64,000 bases of DNA from the human T2T-CHM13v2.0 reference genome, Homo sapiens, in NCBI RefSeq assembly GCF_009914755.1, contig NC_060932.1; one strand, written 5' to 3'. This document shows positions 26,794 to 41,845 of the stretch, piece after piece; positions within the stretch are counted from its first letter, which is position 1, and every line of letters starts with the position of its first letter. A model generated the notes under the pieces. The model did no database searches. It worked only from the letters and a program-made list of their open reading frames with translations, and was not told the origin of the DNA. The position numbers and the translations under genes are program-made.

Positions 26794-26984
26794 AAATCCC
26801 AACTACCCTTATGAGTTCTCACGGAAAGTACCCACATTTGCAACCCCCTGGCCTGACTTTGTACCCCGTGCTGGTGGAGAGAACTACAAGGAGTTCAGTG
26901 AGCTGCTCCCCAATCGACAGGGCCTGAAGAAAGCCGACTGCTCCTTCTGGTCCAAGTACATCTCGTCTCTGAAGACATCTGCAG
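26794..26984 (+). CDS. TG: TG exon 47 (191 nt)
   Basis: Acceptor tttgcccag|A and donor CAG|gtagca. Encodes NPNYPYEFSRKVPTFATPWPDFVPRAGGENYKEFSELLPNRQGLKKADCSFWSKYISSLKTSA, inside ORF 26696..27025. Confidence 0.97.
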
Positions 26985-27999
26985 GTAGCAAAGCCCTGGG
27001 ACAAGTGGAGGGAGCTGGGTGTTGATCTCAGCATCTGCTGTGCTCGCTGCATGAGACCTGTGCTGCGCGCGCATTGGAGCCAAGGGGTCACCAGTGCCAA
27101 TGGCACAGCCCCTTCCTGTGAGTTGTTCATGGTCTGGGGAGCTCCATGTTGCCAAGGGCCTCCTGTTCTGATGTAGGGCTGGAAGGAAAAGAAAGAGAGG
27201 CACAGGAAGAGGGCAGTGGGGTGACTAGGAGAGAAGGTCTATGGGGGGTAGAATGCTGAACCAACATCAGGGCTTCCAGCCTAGAACGTTGGTATGGGAA
27301 GAGAAGGGAGTGTCTTGAACCTCATCCTCACAGTCCTTGAAGTCCTAGATAGAAAATCTTGGAGAGGTAACTCTAGCCAGGGGAAAAGTGGGCATTTCTA
27401 CCTCTTCCTGTTGCAGAGGTGTTAAGGAGAGAAAAGAAATTATAATGAAGGCACTGGGAATAGAGAGTAAACACAATGCCCTTAGGAAGCTTTGGAATAA
27501 CGGGTGTGAGTGACACAACCCAGGGGATGGCCCTCAGCTTTCCTGGAGCCATGATGGAAGCCTGTGTCTGAGTGAGCAGGAGCCCAGAGGAAGGAGGACT
27601 CACTCCTCCCTGGAGGCTCTAGGAAGGGTCCCCAGGAGAGGTGATGCTGGGCTGTGGTTTTTAGAATGACAGGAGTTTTTCAGATACAGAGAAATGGGAG
27701 TAGTCCGTTAAACAGGGAAGGGATCTTGTCCAGCTATAGTTTAGATTTTCAACTCTGCTTTTAGCTTCCAAGGCTGAGTGTCTGTCTGCTGACAACAAAT
27801 CCAAGTACCATTGTACCCTTAGCATGTCCCTATAGCCAGGAGACCCATCTGGCACCTCAGCCAGTGGAAAATTCCCTCTAAAGGGCATTAGCAAGAAATG
27901 TCCACTGGAGGCTGGGGTCTCTTTGGGACAAAAGGAAGGGACCAGAGAAGAGAAGTCCTAATCTGGCTTGGACCAACCTTCCTTGCCCCTCTGTTTCAG

Positions 28000-28118
28000 A
28001 TGGAGCCAAGGGCGGGCAGTCAGCAGAGAGTGAAGAGGAGGAGTTGACGGCTGGATCTGGGCTAAGAGAAGATCTCCTAAGCCTCCAGGAACCAGGCTCT
28101 AAGACCTACAGCAAGTGA
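28000..28118 (+). CDS. TG: TG exon 48, coding part (terminal exon)
   Basis: Acceptor ctgtttcag|AT. Encodes (D)GAKGGQSAESEEEELTAGSGLREDLLSLQEPGSKTYSK, then TGA at 28116-28118. Confidence 0.97.
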
Positions 28119-28199
28119 CCAGCCCTTGAGCTCCCCAAAAACCTCACCCGAGGCTGCCCACTATGGTCATCTTTTTCTCTAAAATAGCCACTTACCTTC

Positions 28200-28205
28200 A
28201 ATAAA
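28200..28205 (+). terminator. TG: TG polyadenylation signal AATAAA
   Basis: Canonical hexamer ~80 nt after the stop, followed by a GU-rich tract (ttgttgactctaatgtgtg, ~28228-28246). Confidence 0.9.
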
Positions 28206-29567
28206 GTATCTACATGCGGTGAAGCATTGTTGACTCTAATGTGTGAATCCAAGGCAATTCGTTGGTAACACCAACTATATCTTAATAATCTTTCTAAGGT
28301 TTGAATCCCAGGCTGCTGTTTCCATTCAACAAATGTTTATGAGCATCTGTTATGCACCAGGCCCTGTGCTGGGTGCTGGAGAAACAAGGACTTTGCTCCT
28401 CCAGAAGGAGAGAATGCTGGGCAAACAGTGACACAAAAAATGGGGATCCATCAAGAGCAGGCCCCAGGTGGCATAGTCCCACCTGAGTGGTAGAAAAGAC
28501 TCACTCACAAAGGTTCCAGAGTGGAGGTAGAAGACCAACTGGAATGGGTGCAAGGGTCCAGTGAGAAGCAATGCACTCTGAAGCAAGACAATGAGGATGG
28601 AGCTGGGGCAAGAAACAGAGCCACAGGCCCTGGAGGAAGTAGAACTGATGGAACTTGATTAAATGTGAGAGGGGGTTGGTGCAAGGTGATAGAATTGCCC
28701 CAACTTTGGGATGATTTGGATTCCCGGATAAGCAATGTTCACCCTCCTAAGGGACACACGTTTAAGGCAAATATTCTGGTTAAAACGTTCTGTCTCTCCA
28801 CCCCCTTTCACACACACATGGACACACACTTCACCCAAAGTAAAAGCAAGTGGAGCTGGTTAACAGTCTTGTTCACTTAGATGGCATGCCATCAAATGCA
28901 TTCATACCCATCATGTTATTTGAGTTCAGAGTAAATTAGTGATGATTTGTAGGCTGAGATTTTTGTCCTATCTTGCAAATGTGGAAGGTGAGGCTCAGAA
29001 AGACTTACACTATACCTGAATTCACATGGTGAAGAGGAGGAGAATCAGAGTCCAACTCAGGTTTTCCCATTTCTCTGTTTCCATGCACTGTATGGACTAT
29101 AAAATATAGGCCTAGGGTCACGTTGTGTGTCCTACAAAACCTACTGATAGCACTGAAAGCCCTGACTAGCCTCCAACCTGCATTATAGGCTCTGTTAGGA
29201 TGGTTCAGCGAAAGCACTTAAATACTGAACTAAAAGGCCTTAACCAAAGGAAACTCGATAGGTAGATGGTCCCAGGGTTGGTCAGTGTCTCAGTGATGTC
29301 ATTAAGGACCCAGACTCTTTCCAACCATCCTCTTTGCCATCTTCAGCGCATGAATGGTGTTTCAATTCACTGACATATTATGGCTGCCACAGCTCCAGAC
29401 ATCACACATAATCCCCAACAGCATCTCATGCTGGAGGCAAATGGGGAAGGAGCTAAAGGGCTTTCCCCTCCAGTGCTTCTTTCTTTTTTTGGAGGAAAAG
29501 TTTTTTCCCAGAGGTTCTCAGCAGAATTCCCCTTACATCTTTTTGGCTAGAACTAAGTCATGTGCTC

Positions 29568-29878
29568 CTTTTTTTTTTTTTTTTTTTTTTTTTTTGATGG
29601 AGTTTCACTCTTGTCGCCCAGGCTGGAGTGCAATGGCACAATCTTGACTCACCACAACCTCTGCCTCCCGGGTTCAAGGATTCTCCGGCTTCAAGGAATC
29701 CCAAGTAGCTGGGATTACAAGCATGTACGACCATGCCTGGCTAAGCTAATTTTTTTTTTTTGTATTTTTAGTAGAGACGGAGTTTCACCATGTGGGTCAG
29801 ACTGGTCTCAAAGTCCTGCCCTCAAGTGATCCCGCCTCAAAGTGCTGAGATTACAGGTGTGAGCCACCGCGCCTGACC
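29568..29878 (-). mobile_element. Alu (AluSp/Sq-like) with small internal deletions, inserted in an older MLT1-like LTR relic
   Basis: gatggagtttcactcttgtcgcccaggctggagtgcaatggc; TSD catgtgctcc/catatgctcc. Confidence 0.9.
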
Positions 29879-30377
29879 ATATGCTCCCTTTTAAACCATC
29901 ACTGGCAATGAGGGATGAAAGGGCCTTCTGTGATCCAATTATACCAGGCATGACTTATCCTCCAGAGTAGGACATATTGCTGTCCCAACAAAGCTGGGGT
30001 GCATTTAGCAGCAATGAATGAGGAGACAGTTATTGGGTAGACAATGGATGCCCCCAAGACTATGACAGTTGGGGCCATTTTCCCATCCTTGGGTCTCTCC
30101 TGGCATGGCCCCGGGTTGGAGTTGGCCTCAAGCACCTTTTTACTCCTTTAGTGCAGTGTGGGTTGAAAATCATGTGCTGTATTTGGAGGTGCTCTCGAGT
30201 TCCCAGAATCAGGAGTCATGGCCCTGGTGCTTCCTTGGTGTACCCTTAATCCAGGGTAAGGCTCCAGGATCTGGGGGCTCAGACAGGGGCAGGAGACATG
30301 GCTCCAGGAGGTAGTGCTCTGCATTCTCACTGTGTTTGGGTCTCCTGCGGTATCCAGACTGGGGGATGGATGAGACC

Positions 30378-30840
30378 TCTATCAGTTGTCTGTGGCTACT
30401 GTCAAAATTTTCACAAACTGAGTGGCTTGAAACGACAGAAATGTATTATTTCATAGTTCTGGACACCAGAGGCCCTGGATTGAGGTGTTACTGGGGCCGT
30501 TCCCACTCCAAGACTCTGAAGGAGGATCCAGCCCAGGCCTCTCTCCCACCTTCCAGTGGCTGCTGGTGGCCAGTGTGTTTCTTAGCTCATTACTGCCTTC
30601 TGATCCCTTCCTCTGTCCTCACTGGCCTTCTTCTCTGTGCATCAAACTTCCCTCTCTTTTCTCTTAGAAGGACACCAGTCATTGGATTTGGGCCACCCTA
30701 AATCCAAAATGATCTTATCCCATGATCCCTAATTTAATTACATGTGCAAAGACCCTAATTCTAAACAAGTTCACATCAACAGGCACTGAGGGTTAGGACT
30801 TAGATGTGTCTTTTGGAGGGGTCACAATGTAAACCACTAT
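30378..30840 (-). mobile_element. MLT1-family LTR
   Basis: cacaaactgagtggcttgaaacgacagaaatgtattatttcatagttctgg...cattggatttgggccacccta. Confidence 0.75.
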
Positions 30841-31645
30841 GGGACCCAGGGCTTGGGGACTGGACAGCATGTCCAGGAGGGGCGGGGGCTGGGCTGATGC
30901 AGTGCTATGGGAAAGCCCTCAAATCAGACTCTCTAAGAGGAGGAAGAGGAAGGGGCCTCTGTGGGTTTTGGAATGAGGCTTCAGGTATCTAGAAGGTCCT
31001 TCTGGCATAGCCCTCTCTATAGTCTGGCCCTAATAATGATAGAAATAAAATAAAAGCAATGTCATTTATCAAGGTCTCATGCCCTATATGAGGTTCTGTC
31101 CTCTGAACACTGTCTCATTTTTCTTTCTGAAAGGAAAGCTTGTTCTTGTGTTGCCATCAGGAATTCAGTGCTTGATATTCTACCCCTGAAGTTCTGTTCC
31201 TTTGGTTTTAATCACAGTCTGTTTTTAGTTAAAGTGAAAATTCCCTCCAGCAAAAGGGTAGGAGGTTTCTCCTCCACCAGCCCCTTAGTGGGACTTTGAA
31301 GTGAGGTAGGCTGGGCTGTAGTACCATGTTTGTCCAGGTGTTTGGATGAATTGGAGTAATTCCTTGGCCCAGTGGTTTCCATCCTTGACCGTTCATTGGA
31401 ATCACCTGGGAACTTTCACAAACTCCCAATGCCCAGACCATATCCCAGACCAATTAGATCAGAATCCCTGGAGGATGGGGCCAGGCATTAAGGGATTGCA
31501 ATGCATAGTCAAGAGCGGACACCACTCCTAATCTCCCTGATCTGCAGTTTCCTCACCTGTAGAATAGATTCAATTACATTGGGTGAGCAATGCTTAGCAA
31601 GGTGCAAGCTGGAAGCAATGTTGTTTCTTTCCCACCCTTCTCCAT

Positions 31646-32096
31646 TTGTGGTAGATGGGATAACTAAGACTAGAGGAAATTAAAGTTGCAGATAGAGTTA
31701 AGGTTGCTAATCAACTGACTTTAAAATATCTGGAATTACACAGATGATGCTGATGTAATCACAGGGTCCTTAAAAGTAGAAGAGGGAGGGAGAAAAGAGG
31801 ACCAGAGAGATGGCAGCATGAGAAGAATTTGGCCTGATGTTGCTGGCTTTGGAATAGAGAGAGGAGACCATGAAGCTAGGAATATAGGTGTCCTCTAGAA
31901 GGTGGAAAAGGAAAGGAAAATTATTCATCCTTAGAGGCTCCAGAAAGGATTGCACCCTGTGGACATCTTAATTTTCACCCATTTGAGATTCATGTTGAAT
32001 TTGTGACCAACAGAATGGTAAGACAGTATATTTGTGTTGTTTTAAGCCCATAAATTTGTGAAAATTTGTTGTAGCAGCCATAGAAAACTAGTGCAT
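31646..32096 (+). mobile_element. MLT1-family LTR
   Basis: atcacagggtccttaaaagtagaagaggg...gtgttgttttaagcc...gcagccatagaaaactagtgca. Confidence 0.75.
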
Positions 32097-33785
32097 CACT
32101 ATACCTGTGCAGATGTATATTTTATCCTGCCCTTGGACCAAACCTCATATACCTAGCTCATGATTTTTCTGATAATAAAAAGTCTACTCTGGTATAATAC
32201 AAACACCCCTTAAATTAACCAGCATTGGCCCTGAAAACAAATTGTTCATATTCCTTCACATTAGAGTTTAGTGATGAGCTAATGTTGGCGAACTGGTTTT
32301 TGACCGCCCCTTTGCAAGCCCTGCACGTATGGTCTAGCACCACCGGATGACGCCTGCTATTTTGTTCTCAGCCTTTGAAAACACCCCATTTTAACATCCT
32401 GTTATAATAATAACGCCTACTTTGCAGATTCACCCTGGTGACTAAGGGTGTGAATATATGTGAACAGAAAACAGCAAAGTGCTGTTCACAAAGATCTTGA
32501 AGTTAACCATGGATTTGAGGCACTTGCTATGTGCCAATGCATGAGAAAGGTAAAGATGGGAAATAGGAGGGACCCAGAGGCCAGGCGATCACAGTCCTAC
32601 CCTGGAACTACCTTCAGAAACCTGCAGCGGAAGAGACAATCTACAATAGCTAGGGTGTGTGAGCTGCAGGAGATCAGAGTTCCTATTAAGACAAGTAGGG
32701 GAAGGTAATGCCCCAGGCCCCACGGTCAGCCCTCTCAGACCTGGCTTCCAGAACTCTGGGCTCTGGACTCCCACTGCATCTTTCATGTGTTGCAGAGATT
32801 CCTCTTGAAGTCACATGGGATTGCATAACCCATTCCCAACTGCAATGGGCAAACATGAGTGTACATCAGGGCAACTGTAAAGGTGTCATAATCTCTTTTC
32901 TCCATCTTTAAAGGACAGGAAGGTCACAGTACACCCACATCAAGCTTAGGGTCAACCAAAAGTCAAGAGGTGAATGAGACATCACCTCGCATCGAGAACC
33001 AGAGTGATATTCACAATCTGCAAGGCATGAATTAAGAAACAAAATGAAGAAATTATCTGGGAGCTCACTCATGAGACTGAGTCAACTTCCTCCTGAGTTA
33101 GAAGCAACCAGGAATTACAGGAAGATGAAGCAAGTGATCTTTTCAAAGGGAAGTTATGAAGTAACCCTGCAAGGTTCCCCAGCTTCCAAGCCCCTTTTCA
33201 AAGGCAGCAGAAATGCCCAAAGCTCAGAGATTCCCCAGGTCCTCACTGAAGCTGGGGAGACAAGAACAGCCCCTCCCAGGCCATCCAAAGCCATAGGCAA
33301 TGGTTCCAAGACAGGGCTGAGAGCATAAAAGTTACCTGAGTAGCTGATTAAAATGCAGATTCCTGTTCCCAAATTTTTTAGAATAAATAGATGTAATATA
33401 GCACTCATAAACCTAAAGGTTCAAATAAATAATACTTCTACATAGGAAATGTCTTATGTGGTCCTCCTGTCTGCCATAAATCTATTTTCCAGAAGCAACT
33501 TCTTCTAACAGTTCCCATCTTAGTTCAGTCACCCCAGAAGTCTAGATAGTGTGAGTTTACCTCTGTTTGTGACTTATCAGCTTTATCTAGACCTATTGAT
33601 TCCTTTCGGAGAAAAATGAGGGTTTAGCTCACTTATACCACCCACCTCCTATACTTCCAACAGTACATTTTTATTCCTTCTTGAGATTTCTTTTTAATTC
33701 TAAAAAAAAAAAATTCTCTTTTGTATTCCATACATTTTCTAATTATTTTCTGCCTTTCTACATAAATGATGAGCATACCTATATC

Positions 33786-34124
33786 TGTCTTAGTCCATTT
33801 TCTGCTGCCATAACAGAATACCACAGACTAGGTAATTTATAAAGAACAGAAGTTTATTTGGCCTGTGGTTCTGGAGACTGGAAAGTTCAACAGCATAGCA
33901 CTGGCATCTAGCAGAAGGCAGAAGCGAGTTTTGAGAAACACAGAAGTGGGGCCAAACTTATCCATTTATCAGGAGCCCACTCTCAGGATAATTCCCACGA
34001 CAACAGCATTAATCCATTCATGAGGGCTACTATGAAGGCTTCTTAAAGGCTCCACCTCTCAATACTATTACATTGGCTATTAAATTTCAACATGAGTTTT
34101 GGAGGGGACATTCAAGCTACGGCA
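33786..34124 (-). mobile_element. MaLR LTR (MLT1A/MST-like)
   Basis: tgtcttagtccattttctgctgccataacagaataccacagactaggtaatttataaagaacagaagtttattt. Confidence 0.8.
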
Positions 34125-35254
34125 CCATGCTTATACCCCCACCCCTCCTTCTTCCCTCTTTGGCCTCATCCCTTAACACCCCTTCTCTTTAATGTCCACA
34201 CTCTTAGACTTACTTTGTCCTGCAGTCTCAAATCAGCCTTCTGAGCTTTGTTCCACAGGTCAGTTCCAACAGCCGAAGGCCAGTTAACCTTATTTGCTGT
34301 ATTAAGGCTATATATATGTATTGTTATCCTAACCAACACCCATGGGGAACTGACTAATACCTGGGGTCTGCCAATGTTACATATATAGTTTACAGGCCAA
34401 GCAACATGGTTAAAATCATAGTTTGTACTCTCTTAGTACATGTTATAACCCCTGGGCATTTAAAGAGGAACATTGTTTACCTGAAGATCACATTGTAATA
34501 TTATATAATATATGTAATATTATGTTGCATCTTATTGTTCTATCTAGACTTTATAATTGTTTTTCTTTCCTCTTTCTCTCTCTCCCTCCTTTCCTTCCTC
34601 CCTTCTTTTTTTCTCTCTCAATTCCTTGAATTCTGTGTCTTTATCACATCTTCAAGGAATTTGCATGTTTTTATAATATCCTGATGGTCTTGTCCAGGTT
34701 TGTGATATCACTGCTTTAAGGCTTTGGATATAAAGGAAAGAATATGGATATCTGGAGCTTGACAGGCCTTTGAGTCCTGACTCAGCTTCTCACCAACTGG
34801 ATGATTCAGAACAAACCCCTTCACCAATCTGGGCATTAGCTTAACGTGGAAAATGTAGATAACTAATTCCTTTCCTAACAGTATTGTGAGGTTCTTAAAA
34901 AGCAAGAGAATTAAATGCTCTGCATAATTAGAAATGGTGAACAATAATTAGAAGACATTTTCATGACCAGAATCTACTTCTGTTGAGCTCATTCATCACT
35001 TTGGACCGGGCCCCTTGTTTGGTGCTGAAGGCACAATGATTAAAGCTCCCTATGCTTGAGGAGCCCCAAGTCTAGAGGGAGACGCAGGCAAGTAAAGAGC
35101 CAATCACAATTCTGTGGAATACTTGTGATAATAGGGATAAAATAAAGGGGAGGCTTCAGGAGCAGAAGAAGGGTACCCAAGTCATATTAGTGGATGTTCT
35201 CCAGAGAGGAGACCCCAAGCTGAAAACCAAAGGACAAATAAAAATAAGCTTGGT

Positions 35255-35568
35255 GGCCGGGCACAGTGGCTCACTCTTGTAATCCCAGCACTTTGGGAGG
35301 CCAAGGCAGGTGGATCACGAGGTCAGGAGTTCAAGACCAGCCTGGCTAAGATGGTGAAACCCCATCTCTACTAAAAATACCAAAAAAAACAAAAAAAAAA
35401 TAGCCAGGTGTGGTGGCAGACGCCTGTAATCCCAGCTACTCAGGAGGCTGAGGCAGACAATTGCTTGAACCCAGGAGGCGGAGGTTGAGTGACCCGAGAT
35501 CATGCCACTACACTCCAGCCTGGGCCACAGAGTGAGACTCCATCTCAAATAAATAAATAAATAAATAA
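35255..35568 (+). mobile_element. Alu (AluSg-like) with (AAAT)n tail
   Basis: ggccgggcacagtggctcac...ggatcacgaggtcaggagttc; TSD aagcttgg. Confidence 0.92.
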
Positions 35569-36470
35569 GCAAGCTTGGCGCAGAGTATTTGGGGATGTGG
35601 GGGTGGTGGTGTAGGCACCAGTACTGAGCCTAGGAGCACTTCAGGCCTTAAAACATCTGGTGAGTTTCCACAGCCTTAGTGGCTGCCTCCCCCACTTGCT
35701 GGGAAAGCCCCGGATCCCTTCTGAAGTCCATGTCAAATTGCCCATCACCTCCCCATCTTCCCAGGGGTACTTCCTGGGACCCTGTCCATCCTTCTCTCTG
35801 CAGTGATCCCAGGTTCCTGCCCAGACAAGACTGCAGGGTCTAAGGCAGTGCCCTGCACTCCCTAATGATGCCTATGCGAGTGGCATTCTGGCCTTTCAAA
35901 AAGAGAGTTATGGCCACAATGGGGACACAGGCAGGGAAGCAGCTAACCAACACTCATGGGGAACTGACTAATTCTGGGCTCTGCCAATGTTCTGCCCCCA
36001 ACCTGAGCTCCATCTGCTTTGAAAGATGATGCAGGGGCTTGTGTTTGTCCCTGGCCTTTGCTGGTCCTTTTCTAAGATCACCAACTTTTGGGATTTTTCC
36101 CATCCTCCTTGTCTCTTTCTCATTCAGGCTGGAGCTCATTGTGTCTCCCCACCATCTGAACGAATTCACAATCCTTCCTCCCTTGTCCTAGTCCAGCTGT
36201 TGCCAAACATTCATGGAGTCCAATTGTGTGCCAGGCCATAAGAAGGCATGATGGGGAGGGAGAGGCCCCAGTTCCCTCACTGAGGAGATGACATCCCTGT
36301 GTGTCTGATTGAGGAGCTGGAGCTAGCCGTGGAAGAGCTGGGAGAAGGGTATCTGAAAAGAAGAAAAACAGGAAGCAAGGAAAAGTAAGCAAAAGTCAGC
36401 CCCTTTAGGCAGAAAGAAAACCCATGGATCTCACCTGTCTCATTAGCGTGGAAAAGTCAGTGTGACCTCA

Positions 36471-37153
<683 letters not shown>

Positions 37154-38280
37154 CTAAAACGAGTTACTTAACGTCTCTGAGCATGTCCTACGTTAGTGAT
37201 AAAATATATAAATGTCCCTCTCTCAGGGTTGTTGTAAGGAGTAAATAAATTAATGTACATAAAAAGCACACAAAAGTATCTGTTACACTGCAACTGCTCT
37301 AGAGGTGATTGCCATAATGAAGAAGAATATTCGAAACTGGAGGTGAATCTCATGATTCTGCACTTTTTATCTGGATGTTGCTGGCTTTTCACCATGGCTT
37401 TTCTGACTTTGTTCCACAGTGTGTGTAAAGCACTTAATCTGTTCCAAGTTCTTTGTAAGACTTTAGTCTGAGGACTGAAGCCCACAGCTCATTGCCCTTT
37501 AAAGGAAGAGCTATAAATAGTACACTGGGTCATTAAAAAGAGGAAGGAATGCACCTGGACAGCCAAGTACATGTAAATTTGGCCAGAGGAGACTTCAGGG
37601 CCCAGAGCATGCCCGTCACCAAAGTCTCCCCTGGCTTCTGCAGAAGAACTCTGGTCATCCAGGTGAGGGACCACAGGCCAGCCAGCTGTTCCTTCCAGAC
37701 GTCTCCAGAAACCTCTATGAGTCCCTTGGAAGGTAACAAACTCAGACCAAGGTGAGTCACATGCCTCCAGTTCTAGACAGCCTCAGCCCTGGGGGAAGAG
37801 GGAAAATGAACCCTGGCGGGGAGGTGCCAAGGCTTCGTCCCAGCAGGTGTGGTGCTTCCTCTGTAGACTGGACTGGAGGTATCTCGATGGTCAAAAGTCT
37901 GGAGAGTCAGAGAGGAGAGGAAGGGTGAGTCCTGACTGCAACATAGAAGCTGGATGATCTTGGCCAGTTTCTCAACCCCTGAACCCCAGAGCCCCAGCTT
38001 TCTCATGTGTGTAATGAGATGCCGTTTGGGCATTACAAAGAATGCAGAAAGTGTGTCTGGCAATAATAGACGTTCAAGAGTCAGTTCCTCTTTCTCCTCT
38101 TCCTCTTCCTCCTTCTTAGTGGTCTTAGCATTTCCATTTTGTATCCCAAACATTTAGAAAAGTTCTTGGCACATCTATTTCTTGCTCGATGGATCTTTCT
38201 GAGAGAGTGAGGAAGAGCTCAGATATCCCCAGCTCAAAGTCTCTGTCCATTCTCACAGTGAGACTAAATTCACTGTGGTG

Positions 38281-38896
38281 TGTGGTAGACTGAATAATGG
38301 CCCGACAAGGCATTCATGCCCTAATGCCTGCGGCCCATGAATGGTTTCTGTTAGTTACATGACAAAAGGCACTTCACAGATGTGATGAAGGTTAGGACGC
38401 TTAACATCAAGAGATTTCTGAATCATCTAGTTGGGGCCCAGTCTAATCATATGATCCCTTAACAACAGAGAACTTTCTCTGGCCAAAGTCTGAGCAGTCA
38501 GAGGAAGAGGAAGGCAGAAGGGGAGGGCGCAGCTATCTCAAGCTCGAGAAGGATTCCGCACATTATTGCTGAATCTGAGACATGGGAGCACACATACAAG
38601 GACCAGCAGAGGCCTCTGGGAGCTAAGGGTGGCCCCCAGCTGATAGCCAGCAGGGAAAGAAAAACTTCCGTCCTACAACAGCAAGGAGCTGGTTCTACCT
38701 GGAACTTGGAGCTTGGAAGTCAATTTTTCACCAGAGCCTCCTATAAGGAAGGCAGGCCTGCTGACACCTTGAGTTAAACGTGGTATGGCCCATGTTAGTC
38801 TTCTGACCTGCAAAAAATGTGAGATGCTACTATGGATTATTTTAAACCACTAAATATGTGGTCATATTTCATACTGGCAACAGAAAAGTAATACAC
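38281..38896 (+). mobile_element. MLT1D/E-like LTR
   Basis: tgtggtagactgaataatggccc...ttttaaaccactaaatatgtggtcat...agtaataca. Confidence 0.8.
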
Positions 38897-39266
38897 AAAG
38901 CCTCCAGATTATGAGGAAGACAGAAACACCCACCTCTTTGGCAAATACGTCCATTCACCAAGCACACCAGAAGTGCCGACGTCACCACCATGGATAGGTG
39001 TCGCTGAGTCAGGCACTATGCTAGCGGCTCCACAGACCACCCTTCAAGTTATCTTATTCTGAGGCTACAAAGGCTCCTGGCCCCTGAGGCTGTGGCCTCC
39101 AGGGTGCCAGGCAGGATAAATTAGGACCAAGGCCTTTTGGCCAGGACAGTCTGTGGAGAATGTATTGCGACTAAGCAAATCCCATGCAATGAGAGTCCAG
39201 TCATGTTCCACACAAAGTAAAGATTTTCCCCAAACATCCTATCAGCTCCATGTTAAAAGAATGTCC

Positions 39267-39577
<311 letters not shown>

Positions 39578-41451
39578 TCATAACTTCATTCCCACAGATG
39601 CCCCCATACAATCATGTGACACCCCATATCCGTTGCATGGGTCATGACGTGGCTGGTGGTGATTGGGAGTTGGTGGAGGAGACTGCTGGAGAGAGCTTGT
39701 CCCTTGTCCCCTCTTAAACTTGGACATCTCAAGAAGGTCATGCTTAAACACTTTGGGGTCAGAATCTTTTAGTTGTTGTTCCACATGCCAGAAAGGCAAA
39801 ACCCGCCACTCTTCTCCTTGTCAACCTCTTTTCTTGCTCGCAAGAATTGAAACTGGATCAAAAATGTGGGTGCATGATGGTTTAGACAGAGGTATGGTCC
39901 AGCTCCATCAGTGGGGCTAAAAAGAACCCAGAAAAACTGCCTGGCTTTTCAATGACCTCCTCTGTAAACATCTCCATGGCACCTGGGAAAGGAGACCAAG
40001 CCAAATGTTTCTTTCTGAGTTCACTTCTAGTGTTAGTATTAGATATTTGTTCTGTTATTAATAACTGTCTTCATTCCCCTTTCCCCAGTGAGAAGCTGAG
40101 GCTGGGAGAGTTTACATAGGAAAGTTAAGTTGCCAGAGCACTCCCAAACATCCAGAAGGAGTGAGGGTTCTGAGATGCAGGAGAAGTGGATGATTTGCTT
40201 AACAGACAGTAAATAATCACCCGACAGAAGCCAAACTGTCAGGTATTGCTCCACTTACTTGTACATACAATTCTTCATGTCATTCCCACAAGAAATGAAC
40301 AGTGAAAAATCCGTTTCACCCAATTCCTGAGAGGTCCTGCCCGAGGCCATGCTGCTGTAGGAGGGATTTAGACCAAAACAGTCTGGCATGAGGGCCCAAG
40401 CGTGGCCACTTCTGCAATCAGAGGAGGAAGGACATCTGCCCAGGCCCTTGGGGATGGGTTGTTACCATGCAGGGCACCAAGGGGCTGCTGTCGGGCAGAG
40501 GCGTCAGGAGGATGAGGCAATGTCAGGGGTCAGCCCTCCAGGGCACTGGGGAATAGTCAAAAGTGACCAAGAAAATCTCCTGTAAAGCCCAGGCGATTCA
40601 GCTGTTATTTGAGCACTGTCTCTCGATTGTGCAGTGGCAGGAAGTCAGCAGGTTGGGCAGGACCAAGAAGGCTTAGGCCTAAGGCCAGAAAACATCCCCC
40701 AGGCCTCCAGGCCCAGGCATGGCTCCTGTCAGCTGCTCCACGTGCAGCTGTGGAGCCCCTTGGGTATCTCTTTGGGTTTTCCTGTGGGCAGAAGCCGGGA
40801 GACAGCTCTGGAGGGAATAAGGGGCCACCATGAACTCTCCTCCCTGGTGACTTCACTGGCCACAGAGCCGCCAGCCAGGCAGTGAATGACATCATAACCG
40901 CAGCCGAGCTGGCTCGCCAGGTGACATCAGGACCCCAAATAGCTCTGACATGTGTTAGCAGTTAGGAGAATGAGCAGGGTTAGCATGGTCTCTCCTCCCA
41001 GCCATTGGCATGCCCCGTGGAATCCTTCTGGGAATTCTTCCCCAGATGGCTTCTTGGATTGACTTATAACTTTGATTACAGAGGCATTAAAGATTATTTA
41101 AAAAGGCAGACAAACAAAAAAGAGAGAAATAATACCCAAACCCCAACACCCAGAGAGAGCTTCTCATAACGTTTTGAAATATAGCCTTCCAAGCTTGGCC
41201 TGTTTATTTATGTTTTAAAGAAATGTCATTGTGTATATTTAACGTATACAATATAGTGTTATGGTACACATTTAGATAGTAAAAAGGTCACCACCATGAA
41301 GCAAATGAACATATCTAGCACCTGGTTTTTGTTCTTCTGGCAAGAGCAGCATAAATCTACTCATCTAGCATGAACCCCATGTACAGTCAGCACTCCAAAC
41401 TCATGGGTTCTACATCCATCATTTCAACCAACCACAGATAAAGAATATTTA

Positions 41452-41772
<321 letters not shown>

Positions 41773-41845
41773 TAACAACAATAAAAAAACAGTACAAATG
41801 AAAAACAATACAGTGGAACAGCTATTTATATAGAGGTGATTAAAG

